From Bacteroidales bacterium (GTDB lineage: Bacteria; Bacteroidota; Bacteroidia; Bacteroidales; UBA10428), in the NCBI GenBank assembly GCA_016936215.1, contig JAFGPL010000244.1:983-64982 (forward strand): a stretch of DNA of 64,000 nt. The letters are read 5' to 3'. Shown here one piece after another: positions 57,117-64,000 of the stretch. The position numbers and the translations under genes are program-made. The notes under the pieces were generated by a model that made no database searches, was not told the DNA's origin, and saw only the letters and a program-made list of their open reading frames with translations. The first letter of the stretch is position 1. Every line of letters starts with the position of its first letter.

Positions 57117-57791
57117 GTGCATGTCCGAAACCGAAACCAGAGTGTTTATATAAGGTGGTCAGATAGTTCCGCATTTAAATACCACAACGACACTTTGGTT
57201 ACAATAATCAAGGCTGATTCATTATTTGATAAGCTTCCGGGAGAACCGATAATTATTGATGATGTAATAACCTATAATTATTACATGATAAATGAATCAC
57301 CTCTATCTAAAATTAATCCGAGTGGTAATGAGAGGTTTACATTTGGAGGAGATTCTTGCTGGAGAATGATTATTGCTGACGGGTGCCTAACCGATGATAA
57401 ATACTATAAAGGACTTGGTGGCCCATATTATTCTTGCATACATGCTTTTTGTTTAGGTGGTGCTGAAAGAAAATTAGTTTACTATAAAAAGGGAGGGGTT
57501 ACTTGGGGTAGTCCGTTGATAGTTACTGGAATATCAGATAATACAAAAACAAAAAAAATAATGATTTATCCAAATCCAGCCACGAGCACCGTTAATATCA
57601 TATTTTCTAATTGCAGTTATCAGGATTCCTATATTTATATTTATAATATTCAGGGACAACTTCAGAAAGCTATGCATTTGGTATCTAATAATTCATTGAT
57701 TAACATTTCTGATTTAAGTTCAGGGATTTATATATTAAAAATCACTGATAATGAGTCGATTTTAAAGATGGATAAATTAGTAATTGAATAA
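57117..57791 (+). CDS. T9SS type A C-terminal sorting domain protein, probably a 5'-truncated remnant
   Basis: C-terminal IYPNPATSTVNIIF...IYNIQGQL...LSSGIYILKI sorting domain. The ORF opens with GTG, has no signal peptide and has an in-frame stop just upstream. Confidence 0.5.
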   Translation: MHVRNRNQSVYIRWSDSSAFKYHNDTLVTIIKADSLFDKLPGEPIIIDDVITYNYYMINESPLSKINPSGNERFTFGGDSCWRMIIADGCLTDDKYYKGLGGPYYSCIHAFCLGGAERKLVYYKKGGVTWGSPLIVTGISDNTKTKKIMIYPNPATSTVNIIFSNCSYQDSYIYIYNIQGQLQKAMHLVSNNSLINISDLSSGIYILKITDNESILKMDKLVIE

Positions 57792-58074
57792 TGCAATTTG
57801 TTAACATGCTCATAAAACATAGTGTGAATAGTACTAGATTTAAACCACAAAACACCTGTCTGACGGGCAGGTATAATCTGCAACAGCAATTTCAATGAAG
57901 AGCAAAAACTGTGGTACTTCGAGATGCTCAGCATTTCATAAAGCAATCCCTTGTCAACAAACTATAATCCCAAAACTGCTTCGTTTATGAGTGAAGAACA
58001 TTATTTTTTATTCCAACATTCAATTATAATTGAAGAAAATGCTATATTTGTTTGAGGTTTAAATTATAGAATAA

Positions 58075-59280
58075 ATGAATGAATACATTGAAAGACCTAT
58101 TTATATTGACAGGTTAAAACCTTTTATTGGAAAATCGTTGATAAAGATTTTAACTGGCCAGCGCAGAGTTGGGAAAAGTTATCTTTTATTGCAATTGAGA
58201 GACCTCATTAAAAAACAAAGTCCCGATACACAAATTATTTATATCAATAAAGAGCAACACGAGTTCTCGCAAATAACCAATTCAGATGATCTCTTTCTCT
58301 ATTTAGAAGCAAATGTAAAAGGGAATGGTAAAGTGGCACTCTTTATAGATGAAATTCAAGATATTGAATCATTTGAGATTACATTAAGAGACCTTGTCGC
58401 GAGGAGTAATTACGATATCTATTGCACAGGCAGCAATGCTAACCTGCTTTCGGGCGAACTTGCTACCTTTTTAAGTGGCAGATATATAGAAATTAAAATA
58501 TTTGGTTTAAGCTATAATGAGTTTTTAGTGTTCTATAATTTACTGGATTCAGTGGCTTCATTTCAGAACTATCTCACATTTGGCGGATTGCCATATCTTA
58601 TAAATTTGAATCCTGAAATACAAGTTGCATATGAGTATTTGACAAGTATTTATAATACCATATTGCTTAAAGATGTTGTAACGCGGTTCAAAGTTAGAAA
58701 TGTAAAGTTCCTGGAAAATCTGATTGCTTTTTTAGCAGACAATATTGGCAGTATTGTCTCTTCAAAGAAAATCAGTGATTATTTAAAATCTCAAAAAATA
58801 AATATTTCAACCCAGGTTGTTATTGATTATCTTGGATATCTTGAAACATCATTTTTGATTTTTAAAGTAAAGCGAACAGGAATCGAGGGCAAAAAAGTAT
58901 TTGAAATAGGTGAAAAGTATTTTTTTGAAGATATTGGTATTCGTAATTCAATTGTTGGTTATAAAACAAGTGATATTCATAAAATTTTGGAAAACGTTGT
59001 TTATCTGCATTTAAGAATGGCAGGATATTCGGTAACAGTAGGCCAGGAGGGTAATAAAGAAATTGATTTCATCGCGCAAAAGTCTGGAGAAAAGATTTAT
59101 GTTCAGGTTGCTTACATGTTAACAAATGAGGAAACAATAAACAGAGAATATGGAAATTTACTTGAAATACCAGACAATTTTCCTAAGTATGTTGTGACAA
59201 TGGATGAAATAACTGAAAACTCAACCTATAAGGGAATTAATCGAATGCATATTAAAGACTTTTGTTTAAAAATGGTGTAA
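58075..59280 (+). CDS. AAA-family ATPase with DUF4143-like C-terminal domain
   Basis: Walker A GQRRVGKS, Walker B ALFIDEIQ. The C-terminal half is typical of AAA_14/DUF4143 proteins. Confidence 0.8.
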   Translation: MNEYIERPIYIDRLKPFIGKSLIKILTGQRRVGKSYLLLQLRDLIKKQSPDTQIIYINKEQHEFSQITNSDDLFLYLEANVKGNGKVALFIDEIQDIESFEITLRDLVARSNYDIYCTGSNANLLSGELATFLSGRYIEIKIFGLSYNEFLVFYNLLDSVASFQNYLTFGGLPYLINLNPEIQVAYEYLTSIYNTILLKDVVTRFKVRNVKFLENLIAFLADNIGSIVSSKKISDYLKSQKINISTQVVIDYLGYLETSFLIFKVKRTGIEGKKVFEIGEKYFFEDIGIRNSIVGYKTSDIHKILENVVYLHLRMAGYSVTVGQEGNKEIDFIAQKSGEKIYVQVAYMLTNEETINREYGNLLEIPDNFPKYVVTMDEITENSTYKGINRMHIKDFCLKMV

Positions 59281-59384
59281 AAGACAGCTAATCCAGAGAA
59301 AAGGGAGTATTTAATCACTTGATGTTGAAATTTTTGATAAAACTGACAGTTGGCAATATCGTACCTTCGAAACACAAAAAAATA

Positions 59385-60179
59385 ATGAAACAAGTAATCT
59401 TTGCAATAGCATTCGCATTAATTTTTCAGGCAGGGTATTCACAAAAAGTTATTGAGAAGGATTTTAAATATCTATTTGACAAATATGGAACAGACGGTTG
59501 TTTTGTGATTTACAACCAGTCTGAAAATGAATATATAAAATATAATCCCAACCTATGTGATACTGGTTATATACCTGCATCAACATTTAAGATTCCCAAT
59601 TCATTAATTGCTTTAGAAGAAAACATAATTAAAGACACAAATCAGATAATCAAATGGGATGGACATGAATGGCCAAACAAACCATGGAACCAGGATCAGA
59701 CTTTAAAAACAGCAATGAAGTTTTCATGTATTTGGGTCTACTTTGCAATTGCAGAGCAAGTTGGAACAGAAAAATACCAGGAATATATAAATTCTTTTGA
59801 TTATGGCAATAAAAACCTTACTGGGCCTCCATCGCGATTTTGGTTGTCCGGATTGTTTCGCATAAGTGCAAATCAGCAGATAGACTTCCTAAGAAAATTT
59901 TACAACTATGAGTTACCGAAAATTTCCCGCCAATCTATAGACATTGTTAAAAATATTATCGTTTTGGAGCAAACAGATGATTATAGATTCAGCGGTAAAA
60001 CAGGTGGTGGAAGGTTAACTGAAACAGATTATATAATGTGGTTAGTCGGATATATCGAAAAAGATAGTACGCCTTATTTTTTCGCTATGAATTTTATAAC
60101 AAATGATTTTAATAAAACAATTCAGGCGCGATATGAAATAACAAAAGACATTTTAAGGGAATTGAAATTGATGGAATAA
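59385..60179 (+). CDS. Class D (OXA-type) beta-lactamase
   Basis: ATG at 59385 gives signal peptide MKQVIFAIAFALIFQAGYS. Motifs in canonical order: STFK, S-C-I (SxV position), YGN, FWL.G..RIS, KTG, WLVGY..K....YFFA. Confidence 0.85.
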   Translation: MKQVIFAIAFALIFQAGYSQKVIEKDFKYLFDKYGTDGCFVIYNQSENEYIKYNPNLCDTGYIPASTFKIPNSLIALEENIIKDTNQIIKWDGHEWPNKPWNQDQTLKTAMKFSCIWVYFAIAEQVGTEKYQEYINSFDYGNKNLTGPPSRFWLSGLFRISANQQIDFLRKFYNYELPKISRQSIDIVKNIIVLEQTDDYRFSGKTGGGRLTETDYIMWLVGYIEKDSTPYFFAMNFITNDFNKTIQARYEITKDILRELKLME

Positions 60180-60192
60180 ATAAAACCAGCCA

Positions 60193-60227
60193 CCCAAAGC
60201 CCAAAGCCTAAAACCTAAAGCCTAGCG
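60193..60227 (+). repeat. Five tandem heptads CCYAAAG
   Basis: cccaaag cccaaag cctaaaa cctaaag cctagcg, starting 14 nt after the beta-lactamase stop. A related run lies at 63972..64000. Confidence 0.7.
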
Positions 60228-60568
60228 CCTTACTCCAAACCTGTTCAAAACTATCTCTTTGAAAATCTTGACTTCTTGCGGATAATTTGTAAATTACAAT
60301 GATTTTTTGGGCGCAACACAATGTTTTATCAAGACTTTAAAAACGCTAATGAAACAGCAAAAGGTTTTTTATTGAATGCAGGCTTTGTACTATATGTTAA
60401 CTATAAAAAAATGTTAACAAAAACTTCGTTTATCCATTCGATTCAGCTGGTAAATGAACAATTTATTCGCTTATCGTGAGCGTTGTGAGTAATTGTTAAA
60501 TAACGTTAATGCAAGTAACAAACAAATTGATAAAGAGTTTCTGATTAAAGAAACTTATAAAATGATAA

Positions 60569-62017
60569 ATGAAAGTAAAACTTATTCTTCCATCCCTGAC
60601 TGAGTCGAAAAGTGTATTTTGGAGACCAATTAAATATTCATTATTTCCACCGCTTGGATTAGCGACCTTGGCTTCATATTTAAACGAAAGTGATGAAATT
60701 GATTTGCAAGACCAACATGTTGAGAAACTGGAAATTTCAGACCAACCGGACTTGGTAATTATTCAAGTATATATTACAAATGCAAAAAGGGCTTACTCAA
60801 TTGCAAAACAATATAGAGATAGAGGTGTTTTTGTGGCACTCGGCGGTTTGCATGTAACCTCATTACCAGAAGAAGCTGATAAATATGCTGACACAATATT
60901 TATTGGACCAGCAGAGCAGACATTTCCTCAATTCTTAGAGGATTTTAAAAGAAAAGAAACAAAAAAAAGATATATATCAACTATTGGAAGGACTATTCAA
61001 AATCAACCTCCAATTCGCAGAGACCTGATTAAAAGAGAAAAATATTTAGTACCAAACTCAATTGTTATTTCGAGAGGATGTCCACATCATTGTAATTTTT
61101 GCTATAAAGATGCATTTTTTGCAGGAGGCAAGTCATTTTACACTCAAAGAGTAGATGAGATTCTAACTGAAATTTCCAGATTGGAAGGTAAACACTTATA
61201 TTTCCTTGACGACCACTTACTTGGTAATAAAAAGCTTGCATCTGAGTTGTTTGAAAGCATGAGAGGGATGAATAGAGTTTTTCAGGGAGCTGCAACTGTA
61301 AAATCAATACTCGAAGGAGATTTGATTGAAAAAGCAGCAGAGACGGGATTAAGAAGTTTGTTTGTTGGATTTGAGACTTTCTCTCCAGAAAACCTTAGAC
61401 AAAGCAATAAGCGCCAAAACTTAAAACTTGACTATGAGCGAGCAGCCCAAAGGCTTCATGATTTAGGAATAATGATTAATGGGAGTTTTGTATTCGGACT
61501 TGATAATGACGATAAAGATGTTTTTAAACGAACCGTTGACTGGGGAGTTGAAAATGCCATTACCACAGCTACTTATCATATATTGACACCATACCCGGGT
61601 ACTAGACTTTATGGACAAATGAAAAAAGAAGGTCGGATATTAACTCAAGATTGGGATTTATATGATACTCGACATGTAGTTTATAAAACAAAATCACTAA
61701 GTTCAACAGAATTAGAAAATGGATATAGGTGGGCATACAAGGAGTTCTATAAATGGAGTAATATATTAGAAGCATCATTCAGTCATGATCAATTTAAACA
61801 TCAAATGAAACATTTATTTTATACAGGTGGTTGGAAAAAATTTGAAAGCTTATGGAATATTATTATAAATGTAGGTGGATTAAAAAAGATGCTTCCATTA
61901 TTAGAATTATTATTATCAAAGGTTGAGTACAAAAACAGCTACACACAAAAAGCGGTCATAAAACATAGCGCAGAAGGGGTTAAATTTGAAAATAGTAAAA
62001 TTGAATTAACGGCATAG
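60569..62017 (+). CDS. B12-binding domain-containing radical SAM protein
   Basis: N-terminal Rossmann-like cobalamin-binding domain (DLVIIQVYITN...ALGGLHVT). Radical SAM cluster motif RGCPHHCNFCY (CxxxCxxC). 482 aa. Confidence 0.85.
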   Translation: MKVKLILPSLTESKSVFWRPIKYSLFPPLGLATLASYLNESDEIDLQDQHVEKLEISDQPDLVIIQVYITNAKRAYSIAKQYRDRGVFVALGGLHVTSLPEEADKYADTIFIGPAEQTFPQFLEDFKRKETKKRYISTIGRTIQNQPPIRRDLIKREKYLVPNSIVISRGCPHHCNFCYKDAFFAGGKSFYTQRVDEILTEISRLEGKHLYFLDDHLLGNKKLASELFESMRGMNRVFQGAATVKSILEGDLIEKAAETGLRSLFVGFETFSPENLRQSNKRQNLKLDYERAAQRLHDLGIMINGSFVFGLDNDDKDVFKRTVDWGVENAITTATYHILTPYPGTRLYGQMKKEGRILTQDWDLYDTRHVVYKTKSLSSTELENGYRWAYKEFYKWSNILEASFSHDQFKHQMKHLFYTGGWKKFESLWNIIINVGGLKKMLPLLELLLSKVEYKNSYTQKAVIKHSAEGVKFENSKIELTA

Positions 62018-62164
62018 CATTTTGATAGGTAATCGCTCCGAAATGCGCTACATTCCATGTCGCAAAACATTGCAGGTAATGTCAGTAGAGTATTACGTTT
62101 CCATAATATAGACTGATTTTAAAACAGGAACTAAAAAGATTACCTTTGTATAAATTTATTATTA

Positions 62165-62947
62165 ATGAATTTTAAAATTCTGACAGATAAGTTACTGGAT
62201 GATTACACAAAAGCTTTAAAGGAATCACCTTTGGATAAAATTGATAAAAGTAAAAAGCTTGAACTGCCTGTAGATTATTTTCAGTTTTATAAATCTGTTT
62301 CATCAGTTTATTCATCAAAGATTGAGGGAGAGGATATTGATTTTGACAGTTATTTCAAGCATAAATTTTTAAAAGTAAAATTCAAACCGGATTATACCAG
62401 AAAAGCGGATGATTTATATTCTGCATACGATTTCATTGATAATAATCGTTTGACACTTGAGAATGTAAAAAAAGCGCACTCGATTTTGAGCAAAAATCTC
62501 TTACCAAAAAGTCAGCAAGGATTGATTCGGAGTAATCCAATGTTTGTAATAAATAGCGAAGATAAAATTGAGTATGTTGCTGCAAGCCCTGAGATAATTA
62601 AATCAGAACTTGATAAACTATTTCACGATATAGAAATTCTTCACCAAACAGATTTAAGCCCATTTGAGATTTTTTATTATTCATCTTTATTGCATTTGGT
62701 TTTCGTTAAGATTCATCCATTTCAAGATGGTAATGGACGAACTGCACGATTAATTGAAAAATGGTTCCTGATTGAGAAAATTGGAGAAAAGGCGACATCG
62801 GTTCAGTTGGAAAAAAACTACTATAAAAGGCTCAAAGATTATTACTCAAATATCAGAAAGATTGGACTTGAATATGAAGATTTGGATTATTCAAAAAGCC
62901 TCGATTTTTTATTAATGACAGTTAATGGGATAGATGACCAGGAATAA
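62165..62947 (+). CDS. Fic/DOC family protein
   Basis: Canonical Fic motif HPFQDGNGRTARL. Confidence 0.88.
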   Translation: MNFKILTDKLLDDYTKALKESPLDKIDKSKKLELPVDYFQFYKSVSSVYSSKIEGEDIDFDSYFKHKFLKVKFKPDYTRKADDLYSAYDFIDNNRLTLENVKKAHSILSKNLLPKSQQGLIRSNPMFVINSEDKIEYVAASPEIIKSELDKLFHDIEILHQTDLSPFEIFYYSSLLHLVFVKIHPFQDGNGRTARLIEKWFLIEKIGEKATSVQLEKNYYKRLKDYYSNIRKIGLEYEDLDYSKSLDFLLMTVNGIDDQE

Positions 62948-63102
62948 AAGGCAAGCCTTCAGACTATCTGATACTTTTATTCGAGGATCGTATTATTCGT
63001 ACATATGTCTTTAAAAGTTTGGAATTATCTAAATCTTAGTGCTTTTAGAAAATTTTTTAGACAGGCTGCCGTTATAGATAAGTTTATAAAAACATTCTTC
63101 AG

Positions 63103-63777
63103 ATGAATAAGACAGTTAAAATATTATTGATTGGTGTTGTAAGCTTAGTAATAATTCTCGCTGGAATTCATTTTTATGCCATGCTTTTGATGGAAGATGA
63201 AGATCATCAAATTGGTATTGAGTTTCTATCACCTCTTCTTCAAGATGGGGATTTAATATTCCAGACTTCTCAATCTTCACAAAGCAAAGCAATTCAATTG
63301 GCTACAAAATCGAAGTATAGTCATATGGGAATGATATATACCAAAGGAAATAAAACTTATGTCGTTGAAGCTGTCCAGCCAGTTAAGCTCACACCTATTG
63401 AAGAGTGGGTAAAAAAGGGGAAGAATGGTTATTATATTGTCAAACGATTAAGGAAGGCAGATAAAATATTGACTCAGGAGGTAAAGTTAAAAATGAGGCT
63501 TATTGGAGAAAATTATCTTGGAAAAGATTATGATCAATATTTTGAATGGTCAGATAAAAGAATCTATTGCTCCGAACTAATATGGAAAATATACAAAGAA
63601 GCTGCAAATATCGAAATTGGCGAACTTCAAAAACTAAGGGACTTTGATTTGTCTAACAAAATTGTAAAGCAGGCGCTTAGAACTAGATATGGTGATAAAA
63701 TACCATTAGATGAATTGGTAATATCGCCAGTTCAAATGCTTAATTCGGATAAATTGATAACCATATATGAGGAATAA
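63103..63777 (+). CDS. YiiX/YaeF-family permuted papain-like hydrolase with N-terminal TM helix
   Basis: TM helix ILLIGVVSLVIILAGIHFYAML. DGDLIFQTS...YSHMGMIY. Catalytic Cys context IYCSELIWKIY. Confidence 0.75.
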   Translation: MNKTVKILLIGVVSLVIILAGIHFYAMLLMEDEDHQIGIEFLSPLLQDGDLIFQTSQSSQSKAIQLATKSKYSHMGMIYTKGNKTYVVEAVQPVKLTPIEEWVKKGKNGYYIVKRLRKADKILTQEVKLKMRLIGENYLGKDYDQYFEWSDKRIYCSELIWKIYKEAANIEIGELQKLRDFDLSNKIVKQALRTRYGDKIPLDELVISPVQMLNSDKLITIYEE

Positions 63778-63810
63778 AACCTCTAGCTAACATAAGGCAT
63801 AGCTGAACCA

Positions 63811-63847
63811 AAAAAAAGAGGCAGTGAGTTAGAGAGCTTACTGCCTC
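63811..63847 (-). terminator. Intrinsic terminator oriented for the minus strand
   Basis: Minus strand reads GAGGCAGTaagctctctaactcACTGCCTC followed by TTTTTTTT. No long minus-strand ORF ends here. Confidence 0.6.
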
Positions 63848-63971
63848 AATCAGAAACCGCTTGTGCCAGTTCCCAGTCATCCAAGTGCAAAAAATCCTTC
63901 TTTTGACCCTTTACTCCTTCCCCCTCAACACTCACACTCTAACTCAAACTACCCTTACCATAATCCTCACA

Positions 63972-64000
63972 CCTAAAGCCGAAAGGCCCAAAGCCTAAAG
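63972..64000 (+). repeat. Tandem heptads CCNAAAG running into the window edge
   Basis: cctaaag ccgaaag (g)cccaaag cctaaag. Same orientation and motif as 60193..60227. Confidence 0.6.

Noticed and set aside
57990-60440. Shared 10-mer CTTCGTTTAT in two island spacers (near 58000 and 60425)
   Set aside because: A single 10-nt match between two ~300-nt AT-rich spacers is within chance expectation, and the flanking sequence does not align.
57792-63102. The island read as an integron gene-cassette array (same-strand, promoterless-looking, unrelated genes including an OXA gene)
   Set aside because: I looked in every spacer for attC-like sites, meaning RYYYAAC ... GTTRRRY inverted cores 60-140 nt apart. 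I found only isolated GTTAAC/GTTAAAT words and one weak ~200-nt-spaced imperfect inverted repeat (57800/58000). No intI gene is present. The hypothesis is not supported by what I can see, and a covariance-model attC search would settle it.
1-64000. CRISPR arrays, tRNA/rRNA genes, transposases, integrases, reverse transcriptases
   Set aside because: I scanned the intergenic regions and the ORF list and found no regularly spaced direct repeats, no cloverleaf-like GC-rich 75-nt segments and no DDE/tyrosine-recombinase/RT motifs.

Overview
64 kb chromosomal segment, probably from an anaerobic Bacteroidota-type genome. That assignment is an inference from a T9SS C-terminal sorting domain, PorE-like envelope proteins, a Y_Y_Y propeller sensor kinase, a TonB-dependent receptor and ECF sigma modules. 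Gene order left to right: (1) a 5'-truncated DUF5686-like gene. (2) A tandem array of four paralogous TPR + TolB-like beta-propeller envelope proteins with different C-terminal modules (2.1-11.2 kb). (3) An orphan 2-oxoacid dehydrogenase E2 and a GT2/WbaP-like fusion. (4) Small secreted hypotheticals and a hybrid sensor kinase. (5) A minus-strand NAD-coupled [NiFe] hydrogenase operon hoxF-U-Y-H-W (22.7-27.7 kb), preceded by a Cys-rich zinc-ribbon gene and followed by an M19-like dipeptidase and a SpoIIE/PP2C phosphatase. (6) A 1492-aa propeller hybrid kinase, ald, then hypF-hypC-hypD. (7) A cecR/ybhGFSR-like TetR-TolC-HlyD-ABC-ABC2 efflux operon with an embedded class I glutamine amidotransferase. 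(8) A TonB receptor, an ECF sigma/anti-sigma module, cysQ plus an SLC13 permease, a CE15-like esterase and a C1 peptidase. (9) A visibly AT-rich, single-strand accessory island (about 57.1 kb to the window end) carrying a T9SS-CTD remnant, an AAA/DUF4143 ATPase, a class D (OXA-type) beta-lactamase, a B12-binding radical SAM enzyme, a Fic protein and a YiiX-like permuted papain hydrolase. Two copies of a TA-flanked, MITE-like palindromic element sit 1 nt after stop codons at 19.4 kb and 49.1 kb. I recognised no rRNA, tRNA, CRISPR array, transposase or integrase. All family assignments come from motifs read by eye and no database search was run. Several ORF-track starts are TTG/GTG, and I moved them to the nearby ATG that gives a clean signal peptide or the conserved N-terminus.
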